Part shown: positions 39,220 through 51,099 of the stretch, one piece after another
How positions within the stretch are numbered: position 1 is the stretch's first letter
Layout of the letters: the number at the start of each line of letters is the position of its first letter
Assembly (NCBI RefSeq): GCF_006345805.1
Contig: NC_043016.1
Span: forward strand, 27,466,001 to 27,530,000
Direction: 5' to 3'
From: Octopus sinensis
Lineage: Eukaryota
Length of the DNA: 64,000 nucleotides
The notes under the pieces: generated by a model
The model's database searches: none
Told to the model about the DNA's origin: nothing
What the model saw: the letters and a program-made list of their open reading frames with translations, nothing else
Made by a program: the position numbers and the translations under genes

Positions 39220-39939
39220 TAGGGGATTTGGGGCTGTCAACTTACATCTGTCCATCTTTTGTGCGATCTCTTGGGGTGTTAGAAACAAGAATTTCAGATA
39301 AGCAATATACATTATAAAAAATATAAAAGCACAAATCATCAGTTAAAAAAAAATGTTTTTTTTTTAAATTTTATTGTATATGTATATATATAAATAATAT
39401 ATATATATATATAAATAAAATATATATGTATATATATATATATATAATATATATATATAGTAAAGTTTCAAATTGTTGAAAAATATTGTTTTTTAAAATT
39501 GAAAATAAAGAAAAGAAAAAATGGAAAAGGATTTCACTAGATTTTTAAAAATATGAAATAAAATCTTACAAAAGACACCCATAAAGCATTTAAAAAAATA
39601 CATATAAATATATATATGCATTAATGAATATTTAATGCCAAACCATTTGAATGAAAGTTCTGGTGACAATTATGGGAAATGCTGTTTTGCAGTATAAAGA
39701 CAATTTCCTGGAATTTAAAAAAAAAAAAATTTTTTGTTTAATAAATGAATAAAGTGAAATAAACAATTTTTCAGGAAGAAATTTTAAAATTATTGAAAGA
39801 AAGGGAAAAAAAACGTAAAATGGTAAAAAGGAGGACTGAAAGAATCTTATCCATTACTGAGGAAAAAAAAGACACCAGCTGATCACTGAGATCATTCCAC
39901 TGTGCTTTAGGGGTGTCTGGTATCAAATACTTTTAAAGA

Positions 39940-40065
39940 TTTGTAAATGTTTTTTTTTTTTTGTTTCTCCCTTTTCCTGTGTACAGAATTTTATTGTATA
40001 TTTGTGAAATTGTAATATTTTTGACAAATAAAAATTTTCAAAATATTGATTTTTATTTTCTCGAT
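39940..40065 (+). terminator. Candidate cleavage/polyadenylation site
   Basis: TGTA motifs at 39980, 39995 and 40011; AATAAA at 40027-40032; downstream U-rich tract tattgatttttattttc. Confidence 0.5.
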
Positions 40066-40295
40066 TAAAATTGCATTCATACAACAATCATTGGAACTTT
40101 AAGTAGACTCATACTATATACACATGCATATACATGTATTAACCTTTTTTGATACCATGTGACCTGGTACTACTTCTGGTCGTATGATATATAAACTTCC
40201 CCTGATGAAAAATAAAGCCTTCCATCAAAATTTCATGTTTCTCAAAATTAATTGAAAGAAAGTTAGTGTATTTCAACAGAAACATGATAACAAGG

Positions 40296-40701
40296 AAGGC
40301 GGCGAGCTGGCAGAAACGTTAGCACACCAGGCGAAATGCTGAGCGGTATTTTGTCTGCCGCTACGTTCTGAGTTCAAATTCCGCCGAGGTCGACTTTGCC
40401 TTTCATCCTTTTGGGGTCGATTGAATAAGTACCAGTTACGCACTGAGGTCAATATAATTGGCTTAATCCATTTGTCTGTCCTTGTTTGTCCTCTCTGTGT
40501 TTAGCCTCTTGTGGGTAGTAAAGAAATAGGTATTTCGTCTGCCGTTATTTCTGTTCTGGGTTCAAATTATGCCAAGGTTGACTTTGCCTTTCATCCTATC
40601 GGGTTCGATAAATTAAGTACCAGTTACGCCCTGGTGTCGATGTAATCGACTTAATCCCTTTGTCTGTCTTTGTTTAGCCCCTTGTGAGCAATAAAGAAAT
40701 A
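40296..40701 (+). mobile_element. Family A SINE dimer (full-length plus 5'-truncated unit)
   Basis: Two tandem Meta-like cores inside one 18-bp TSD agaaa(c/t)atgataacaagg (40278-95 / 40702-19). Confidence 0.9.
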
Positions 40702-41199
40702 AGAAATATGATAACAAGGTTTAAAGTGATCTAAATTAAAACCTATCAAAATTTCATGTTAATTTATATTCTAAATTAATTAATGACAAACTTATTTGTC
40801 AGAATTTAGTAAAATAAGTTTGTCAAGACATTAACATCATTTCTGAGATTCCCATAATGCAATGTTTTCAATATGTTCTTTGTAGAGTAACAACTTTCTT
40901 TCTCTGAAACATTGAATATTATATAATATTTACAGCTGTTTGATTTAAATGTGTTTTTAACAATAAGTTAGAAAGAAAGTCATGTTTCATATTTTACATG
41001 ATGGTATTTCTTTTCTGACTTATGGTAAAATAAGCTTTCATTTTTATATTTTCATGTTTTTTATTTACTTTGCAGATTAATTTATTCTATGGTGCTTAAA
41101 TTCCTATTGATTTTACCCTTTTAAAATGAGTTTTAATCACATTCTTATCAAGCGTTGCATGTTGCATGGATTCAAAAGGGACTTTTTAGCAATAGAAAC

Positions 41200-41890
41200 A
41201 GCAAAAAAATAATTGTTTTATCTAAGGAAATGAAGCTTTAAGTGTCTGAACATGCCAATAATGTTTTAGCTAGTTTCTCTCAGGAAATTTTTATCCTGCA
41301 GTTTCCCCTTGAGCTGGATAACCAAGACCTGTTAAAATCAAGCTTCTGAAAATCATAGTGGAAGAAAACTTAAAGCAAACTGCAGGAGAATTAGCAACGT
41401 TGTTCAATTCAAACATTTTGATCATAAAAGATCTTCCTGAACTAGGAAAAATGTCTAAACTTGATCAATGGGCTCCTCATCATCTGATTGCTTCACAGCT
41501 TAATCAAAGAATTGTCCTCTGCCTATCATTGAAGCATTGCCTTGCTGTGAAACCTTCCCTGGGTAGAATCATGATGAGTGATAAAAAGTGGGGTCTCTTT
41601 AATCATATCCAATGTAAACAACAATGCAAAAGTAGAATCTGTCCCCAAACAAGGACTACACCTATTTAAAAGTTATGTTCTGTGTTTGGTGAGATATGAA
41701 GAGTGTCATCTATCATGAAACAGTTAATGAGAAGTATCGTTGTCAGTTGGAAGCATTGCATAAAAATTTGCAGAAATAGCACCCATCATTGGTCAATCAG
41801 AAAGGGATATTACTTTTACATGGTAATGCAAGATCACATATTGCCCAAGTCACTCAGGAAAAGATGGGATTATTTTACGAAGAATGAGGG
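41200..41890 (+). mobile_element. Mariner transposase remnant
   Basis: LGKMSKLDQWAPHHL (WVPHEL), RIMMSDKKW (first Asp region), KVMFCVW, ILLLHGNARSHIAQVTQEK; frameshifted. Same family as 13190-13490. Confidence 0.85.
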
Positions 41891-42108
41891 AAAATATTGT
41901 CTTGATTAAATTATATTAATTAAAATCAAAGAGACAGTTTTTTTTTTCCATCTCGAAATGTGATAGGATTTTCTTTCTAATATGTTTTAAAACGAAATTT
42001 TATTGCCTGGGTTATATGACATTTATATGATGGTAAGCACAGAATTTTTTTTTTTATACATTTAATATATATGGAATATATGTGTGTGTGTATGTGATAC
42101 ATACATAC

Positions 42109-42152
<44 letters not shown>

Positions 42153-42459
42153 CTTATTGACTTCAGAATGTAGATAGGCTACCATCACATCTGTCCCCAC
42201 CCCCATCCTCATCGTAGATATTAATCTCAGGCTGAGATGAATGCTAAAAAGAAAACCCAATGGTTTAACTGATGTTACACCAGCCAAAAAAGAAGGAATT
42301 GATGGTGGCAACATACAGTAGAAAGAACTCTACCAAACACCATATAGCTATCATCTATCATCTATTACTTTCTCACATACAAACCCCCTCACTCCAATCA
42401 TCACATATACACACTCTCTTTCACCTTCTTGATGATCACTGTCTGTTACATTCACCCTC

Positions 42460-43450
42460 TTGGTCAAGTTTACTTTGAATGTACAAAGAAAACTGGCAAA
42501 CATCTATCTAACAGTAAGCCCATGTATAGGGTAGTTAACTGTAAAATACAGCTTCCTCTCATTCAACTATAGTGTTTAAGAACCTGGTCAAACAGGTCAG
42601 TAAAAGAATCTTCAACCTGTCTTTAAGTAAAAAAAAATTTGATGATACAGCCCCATACTACAACGGGGATCTGAATGCCTGTAGTTGATACCATCACAAA
42701 AGAAACATCAATATTTCTGAAAAAATCAACTATCAAAACCACACAATAAAAGTAGGAATACAAAAAAAAACATTCATTTTCCATCTCTAGCATTATTTCT
42801 CAACCATTTCTGGCCCAATGCCTGCTTTCACGGAATGATGTTTTACAAATATGGTCCCCACTTGTCATGTTTCTTAAAAAAAAAAAAAGATTGTTTTAAA
42901 CTGACAAACTAATTTTTTGCAATAGTTTATAATCTTCATTTATATATTTGTGAGGACTAGCACCCATTACGTTCAATTAGCAAAGAAGATGAGTGCTTAT
43001 AATGAAATTATAATGAACTTTGGTATATTATCAGCTTCTGTGTATTCGTTTCACCTGCTAGAAATAGCAGCCAAATTGTACCCTACCAACGTTTTAAAGA
43101 AAGGAAATAATGACTAATAGTCTAAAATATATAAAAAGATGATGGAATTGTCATGAGTTGTTGCCTTTGATCCTAGATTTGTTCAATGAGGGTTGACCTG
43201 AGGCTGGCTAAGCAACTATCAAACAAGTCAACACAGAATATATAACAGCTTCACCAACATAAGAACTTCCACCAGTTTACGTATCATCAACATCAGTAAA
43301 TCTTTTAGCTTCATTATGAAAAGCACAATGGATTACATCAAGTGGAGAGTATTGGAGAGGTTCAAACCTTACTTCGATAACAGTAGGAAATGCAGGCTCT
43401 GCTTGGCAGAGAAAAAAATTATACTAAAGAATTCTCTTCAGCTGGACACC
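42460..43450 (+). mobile_element. Penelope-like element remnant (RT thumb and GIY-YIG C-terminus)
   Basis: VFKNLVKQVSKRIFNLSLSKKKFDDTAPYY and MDYIKWRVLERFKPYFDNSRKCRLCLAEKKIIL (CxLCLxEK motif); interrupted by a SINE-like piece at ~42940-43230. Confidence 0.8.
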
Positions 43451-45029
43451 TATAAAACTATAAAAGCGGTATTTCCTTATCCTCTCCTCATGAGCACAGG
43501 TATGCACTTGGATTCTGGTGGACTGCAACATGGTTATAGATGTTAGAGCTTCTACCTATGGTATTTCCCATCACCATAATCTGAGGATTTGCAATACCCA
43601 CAATACGAATGACCCTTCTTCATCCAATCATCTTCACTTCACAGTGATGAACAGCCCATGCTATACTTTCCTACAGGCCCTTTTGTTGAGTGCTGAGATT
43701 GGTTTTCCCAAAATCTTGAGAACTAAACCAATTGATAAAATCAGCTGAAATATGTTGATAATATTGTATTGTATATGCCACTACAGTCTTCTGGTGACAA
43801 CAATTATATTCCAGTGAGACTGTTTATATCAATTGATGTGAGTGTAATTTTTTGTATGTATCTGCTGGTTGGTTGTGCTTTTTTTATCTTTACTCTTTTA
43901 CTTGTTTCAGTCATTTGACTGGAGCACCACCTTTAGTCAAGCAAATCGACCCCAGGATTTATTCTTTGTAAGCCTAGTACTTATTCTATCGGTCACTTTT
44001 GCTGAACTGCTAAGTTACGGGGACGTAAACACACCAGCATCAGTTGTCAAGCAATGTTGGGGGGACAAACATACACACACACATGCATATATATATACAC
44101 ATATACGACGGGTTTCTTTCAGTTTCCGTCTACCAAATCCACTCACAAAGCTTTGGTCGGCCTGAGGCTATAGTAGAAGACACTTGCTCAATGTGCCACA
44201 CAGTGGGACTGAACCCGGAACCATGTGGTTGGTAAGCAAGCTACTTACCACACAGCCACTCCTGCACCTTTATTTATTTATTTATTTATTTTCACTGAAT
44301 TTGTGGGTTAGAGGCAGTTTGTTGTTTTTATTAGTATTGATTTAATGGAAAAATTTCATAATGTTTTTAGTGAATTTATCAGCTAAATTCATTAGGTGCA
44401 GGCGTGGCTGTGTGGTTAAAAAGCTTGCTTTGCAATCCTGTGGTTTGGGATTCTACTACATCTCCAGGTTGCCCAATGCCTTACAAGAGTGAATTTGGTA
44501 GATGAAAACTGTGTGGAAGCCTGTTGTGTCTTTATGTTTGTCCCTCACCACTGCTTGAAAACCAGTGTTGGCTTTTTTACAGCCTCTATGACTTAGCAGT
44601 TCAACATAAGAAACTGATGGAATAAGTATAAAATTTCTAAATAACAACTGAGGTTGATTTATTTGACTAAACCCTTCAAGGTAGTACCCCAGCATGACTG
44701 AAACAAATAAAAGATGTGTACTTTGGGTCACTGAAACACAAAGTAGTATATGTCCTGCTTTGTTGAAGTTTTTGGTGACTTAGAAATGGTTGTAGAAGAA
44801 TGCAGCAATGTCTGGAAAATGTAAGTGTAATGTCGTCTGGTTGAGTTTTGAGGTTAAGGGAAGGTTTGGCTGAAGAGATTGATTCTTGTGGTTCTCCAAT
44901 CATGAAGTTTCAGATGCTACATAGGCTTCACAGGCAGTCTATCAACCAGAGATTGCTGTTGTTTCTTAAGATGATGTGGAATATTTTAGTGTATGATAGG
45001 GAAGCAACAACAATTGTTATTGAAGTAAG

Positions 45030-45249
45030 CAAAACACCTAAGCTCCACGTGACTCTGAAAGAAGGTAATGGCAAACTTCTGCTGACTCTTTCATCACAAC
45101 TTTCTCTCACTCTTTCCTCCTGCATCTTGCAGCTCACCTGCAACAGACTGGCATCCCATCCAGGTGGGGAACCTATATGCCAAGGAAACCGGGAAACCGG
45201 CCCTTATGGGCCAGGCATGGCTCAAGAAGGAACAAACAACAACAACAAC
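45030..45249 (+). mobile_element. 5'-truncated SINE with V-domain-like segment and (AAC)n tail
   Basis: Exact 15-bp TSD tgttattgaagtaag (45015-29 / 45250-64); cctgcaacagactggcatcccatccagg resembles the recalled V-SINE domain. Confidence 0.85.
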
Positions 45250-45740
45250 TGTTATTGAAGTAAGGTTTGCACCTCTCCAATACTCTCCGCTTGATGTAAT
45301 CCATTGTGCTTTTCATAAACAACTATACATACCTTACTAAGGCTGTGACATTTTGCTTCTCCTAGATATCAAAGGAGGATATTTAGTTGTTAAATTTGAT
45401 CCTGGAGGGACCTTCTGTTGCGCCCACATATTTCAGTTTGTCTGTCTGCTGCTGGGCACTACCTCCACCTCATAATTGATGGTTTCTCTGTCGTGTTGGC
45501 TGTCAAGTGGGCACATGGTGTTGCCTCAGTACAAACATCCTACCTATCTATTGAAATTTTCTTTATACTATGTGCACATTTAAAAGGTAATGTCTGTACA
45601 TTATTTACATTATTTACAATTGATGGATATTTGTCCTCATCTTGTTTGATGTTAACACAACGTTTTGGCTGATATACCCTCCAGTCTTCATCAAGTGTCT
45701 TGGGGAAATTTCAAACCTGGGTTCTCATTCCCAAGGTATT
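45250..45740 (-). mobile_element. Penelope-like element GIY-YIG endonuclease remnant
   Basis: Minus strand CPLD...INYEVEV...VGATEGP..KFNN.ISSF...MKSTMDYIKRRVLERCKPYFNN; ~69 nt nearly identical to 43314-43382. Confidence 0.8.
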
Positions 45741-45743
45741 TTT

Positions 45744-45966
<223 letters not shown>

Positions 45967-46300
45967 CAGGTCACTGCTTGGAATCAAATACGGGATCCGT
46001 TATATTGTTTTGTATTCCAAATATAGTTCATATACTTAGATAGTATGGAATAATGGAATCCTGTATTGATGAGCATAGTATATGAACTATATTTGGAATA
46101 CAAGACAATATAACGGATTTTACATATGAATATTATGGATTATTACAGAAGACTAACCAAGGAAGTATATATGGATTTAAAGACTCTCATCAAAAGCAAT
46201 AATTTTAAATTTATCTTTCAAATAAACACCATATCATAGTATTACTTCAAATTTAAAAAAAAAAACTACCATTCGATATGTTATACAAAATTCAAATTTT

Positions 46301-46394
46301 ATATCTCTGAAGAGCAGAAGAGTTGTCTATAAATGCTTATCAATATAGGATTTCATTATAGGGACAGCACTTCTGTGAAACGATCGTAAGATGT
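46301..46394 (+). ncRNA. Type I hammerhead ribozyme motif
   Basis: Stem I ATATCT/AGATGT; CTGAAGA 46307-13; stem II GCAGAAG/CTTCTGT with extension; GAAA 46377-80; palindromic CGATCG; U46387, A46388 (GUA site). Confidence 0.78.
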
Positions 46395-46706
46395 TTTAAA
46401 TACTTAATTCAAAACTTTTAAACTGCCATATGCATTATATATTTATACTTATACATATTTACATATATTTTTATATATATATTATATATTTTTAATACAA
46501 CAATTATTTTACACAATTTTACAGAATTTTCTAATATTGATTTCCTGATATTAATAATAATATATTATTAAAATATATATATATATATAATCTCTTGTAT
46601 TAAATATATAAATACTTTAATAGTATTAATACTTTGATACAATAGAGCACTCAATATAAATTCAGTATATATTCTCATTGAATATATTTAACTAAAGATT
46701 TATACA

Positions 46707-46770
<64 letters not shown>

Positions 46771-46874
46771 CATTATTGGTGAATTGAAGTTTCGCCATGG
46801 GCTCTTAGGAGCTTAGTTCGATTTGTTTTTGCTCCGCCTCTGTTCTGTTTTTGTTTTTCCAACGGATTTCCTTT

Positions 46875-46963
46875 TTTCTTCCTGAAGAGAAAGACACAAT
46901 ATGGTCCCATTATTCAATCGGATTTTGGTAATTTGTGCCTTTCGAAACACGTGTAGAATGAAA
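46875..46963 (+). ncRNA. Type I hammerhead ribozyme motif inside a 21-bp inverted repeat (46769-46789 / 47002-47022)
   Basis: Stem I TTTCTTC / GAA(T)GAAA; CTGAAGA 46882-88; stem II GAAAGACACAA/TTGTGCCTTTC (10 of 11 paired); GAAA 46944-47; palindromic CACGTG; U46954, A46955 (GUA site). Confidence 0.8.
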
Positions 46964-47180
46964 TAAAACGATTTCTGTTCAATCTGCGTTCAGCTCCATT
47001 TCTTCAATTCACCAATAATGTTTTAATTTCAATTATCCGCACCAACGCACGGTTGCAACGCCAGATGGTTGTACCTCCAACCGTGCTGTTTACTGCTGTA
47101 TTTTTGCTACTAAGGTATCGGTTAACTTTTGATTAATCTACTACAAGATTATTCATCTTTCTATTTCACATAAATTATAT

Positions 47181-47284
<104 letters not shown>

Positions 47285-48197
47285 AATTAGTGTACATTTA
47301 AACACAAGAGAAACTATCTTTAACAGGTAATTTTACACGCTAGAAGAAGCAGTCAAAACGACCAAAACCACATTTAAGTGCAATATATATACAAAAGGAG
47401 AGAATGTTATATTAAATCTCTGAGCGAGATACAAACACACACACTGAGAGAGAATAAGAGAAAGAGAGAGCGAGTGAGTGAGTGAGTGAGAAGGAGAGAG
47501 AGAGAGAGAGAGAGAGAGAGCTATTCTTACAGTGGCAGATTGACAAGTCTTAGGGAGTAACAAAATTTGTGAGATAGAAAAAAGAAAGCAAAAAAATTAG
47601 CTAAAAACATTTAAGTTGAACAAAGAAAATATTTGAAGGGACAGCCCTCCCACCATCTGATAAAGATAAGAGGAAACAGAAAGCGTAGGAGGAAATAAAA
47701 AGGGAAAAAATAACAAAACAAAACAAACAAACAAACCAGTCCCTCTTTTGTTCTTTCTCTCTCTCTCTCTCTTTTTCTCTTCCTCTCACCGAGTTAGTAA
47801 TATGTGACCATATTTTTATTTGTTTATCTACGTTCATTTGTATACTTTCTGCCTTGATGCATTATTATCCCACTTACTCTTTTTCTCATCTTCCTTCCCC
47901 CCATCTCTGTCTGTATGTCTGTCCGTCTGTCCGGCTGTCCCCCCCCCTCTCTCTCTCTCTCTCTTTCTCTCTCTTTCTCGTTCTCTCAAACCTCCTTTCT
48001 TCTTCCCCCACCTCTCCTGTCTGTTAAACCTTAAAAATTGGTTTGCAAAAAAAAGAAAAAAAAAAAAGAAAAAACACCTTTTCCTCCTGGTGACGTCTGC
48101 TGCGAAGGAGAACTTCCACAGAATATCATTTTATTTTTGAAGACCACATTCTCCCTTACACACATACACACAGACACACACACACACGCACACACGC

Positions 48198-48232
<35 letters not shown>

Positions 48233-49574
48233 CACACACCACACACACTCATTATACATGCACACATACCCACAGGCACAAGCACATATATTCATACATG
48301 CACATACACAGACATATACATATAGATGCACGCATACACTTGGACATCCACAGAACACGCACGGAGTAATTCTCCCCCACCCCACCCAACCACACACACA
48401 CATTCAAACTCTTTTTGAGAAGCTGAAGATGACTGTATAAATGTTAGCCTGCTTTTCCCATGTATTTTCTCTTTATCTTGTTTTAATGTTCCAAACATTA
48501 AACATATTCTCACTTAATTATCATTTATCAGGCAGATGACATAAATTATGAAAACAACTCTCTCTCTCTCTCCATCTCCCTCTCTCTTTCTATTCCTCTC
48601 TCCCTCCCTCTGTCTCTCTCTTCTTCTCTCGCAACACATATACATTATTGTATGATTACTGAGTGATTTGGCAGGTTTAACGAGATTATATCTCTGTTAA
48701 TGATTTAAACAAGACTGAAATAATGGAGTTATCGCCCATATTTGCCGAAGGAAAAAAAAATATCGATAACTAATATAAGGCACAAGGCCATAAAATTTGA
48801 GGCGAGGGTGAATCGTTTAAATTGACATCAGTTGTTGACTGGTACTTTATTTTATTGACCCCCACCCCACCCCACGAAGGATTAAAAACTAAGTTAACCC
48901 TAACCCTAACCTCAATGTGATTTATGCTCAGAATATAAAAACTTCGAGTAGGGAATTAAAAGAATGTTCGTAGTTTCAAAAATAATAATGGGTTACGTGT
49001 GTATCCGTTTTTGACTGTAGAATTCGATGTAGATAAAACTATAAATAATATCATATAAAATATTAGGCTAAAAACCCCCTTTTGGACAGAAAAAAAAACA
49101 ACGAAATTCTCACGTTTTGGATCATGATAGGCATTCTGCTATTGGACCAAGGCAGTCTCAATCTATTTTAGAAACTTTGCTCCTGCCAGCGAGTATTATC
49201 ATAAGACCTTGGAAACGTCGAAAGAAAGTGAAATAATTCGTTTTTAAATAATGCATGTAAATAGTGAGATAAAGATCCCTTCTGAATAGAAAAAGTTCAA
49301 GGGTGACCTTGGGATCTTCCGTAAACATAACAGTTTGTTTTTATATCATGGGCCTAAAAGTTATAAATAACTTTTTCTTTCATTTCCTATGTACAAACAA
49401 AAATAGACCTGTTCTGGTCTTATTGGTACAATATTTCAATAGTTGAGTGTGAAAAAGAACAGTTTGTCAGTGCAATATCAATAAGAGGTTCGGAGTACAC
49501 AATGTGTTATGAGAATACACTGTAGTGTACGCTTAGTGAAATTCTCTCTCTCTGTCTCTCTCTCTGTCTCTCTG

Positions 49575-49608
<34 letters not shown>

Positions 49609-49618
49609 GCTCTCTCTC

Positions 49619-50564
49619 TGTTATATATAACATAAATACGGACGTAGCAGATAGCAGCTAGTCTTCGGCCACTTAGACCCTGTTGTCTCTACTACTCTGA
49701 TTGGCTGGTATTGGCGCAATTTTCTCTTGCTCTATTACGCGCCAAAGTACAACCCAACCAATCGCAACCTTCTGATAAGGTCCCGTGACATAGCTTTTCT
49801 AAAGCTCTGTTTGAGCCTATAATTTGCTATAAAACACAGCGATTCATCGAGTCGAGCGTCTTTAGTTCTAGACCTTCTGAGGTCTGACCACAGAGCACAC
49901 AGCCAGTTCCAGCGACAGACAGCACCAGCAGCATTCCGGCCCTCCACCTCCGTCGCCTTCATCTTAACGTCGCCCTCCATCACCGTCGCCTTCATCTTAA
50001 CGACGCCAACAACATCTCTACGTACACAGCAACATATGCTCAGGTTTAACTTCTCGCTGTTTGTGAATTACTTCAACCTGCGAGAACCTTCTGTACCAAG
50101 TAACCGGCACAGCATAGTAACCACAACTTCTTACACGATACGTGATTCAACCGGCTCTGCATTGTAGTCACAACTTCTTGTTGCAGCTTTTCAACTATTG
50201 TGTACCTGACTACGAACTGGTATTTATCTTCATTGTGTCTGAACTTCTAGCGTCCTGTTATAGACTCTTTCTATGCTCTGTATTTTATCTCACACAAATA
50301 CACCCTTGTTTGTACACACATACACATTATGTATGCCTGACGGCCTGTCTATTATTATATATGTTCTTATGGCACACACACAGACACACACTCTGCTAAC
50401 ACCATAAATAAAACCTTTCTCTTAACATTTTACGGTTGTGTCGTCTTTCTTTTCCTTTCTGGCACTCATTTATTCCATTTTTGCTCTTATTGTAAGCAAC
50501 CGTGCGGTGTATTAAAGGAGTCATTCATTCGTCACCTCTCCTTTCGCACGGTCGTTCTACAACA
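49619..50564 (+). mobile_element. Probable solo LTR
   Basis: TGTT...AACA ends; CCAAT-type boxes (~49700, ~49757); TATAAAA at 49828-34; AATAAA at 50407-12; CpGs retained. No TSD seen because the left flank is a (TC)n tract. Confidence 0.65.
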
Positions 50565-51099
50565 CATACAATTCTCATGTTTTACAAATTTGTTTTGTGG
50601 AAAGTATTGATACACATTTTCTCACTTATAAAATCAATGTGTACATTTAGATAACAGCTTGCTCTAAAAAGAAAAATAGATATCGTACTTTTAAATTAGC
50701 AGAAATAGCAACTTGCAAATGATTTCTCACTTAGTTTAACATGTCTTATTGTTTGAGATAGTCAATTCTGTTTATATCGAGACAGTACAATGAACTTAGC
50801 ATTACGTAAGAGCTCAGAGAGAAAGCAAAGTGTCACAGCTGGTTCTTCATTGGTGCCAGGTGAGAGTGAGGAGAGGGAACAACAGAGTATGACCTCTGTG
50901 AAACTAAGTAAAATAGCACATAGATTACTGGTCTTTGATTGTGCAGCAGATGCACAAGTGCAGTACGTAATAAGGAGTATCCATGAACTGAGCGCGCGCG
51001 TACAGTAAAGAGTTGGAAAAGATAAAGGAAATACCTAGTTAAATGTAAGTTTTATTATATAAATGGAATCATTCTTCCTTTGGTATGAATCATAGCTTT

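Noticed and set aside
50790-51008. 72-aa ORF, and a TTACGTAA (PAR-bZIP-type) site at 50802
   Set aside because: No homology or splice evidence; a single 8-mer is not significant.
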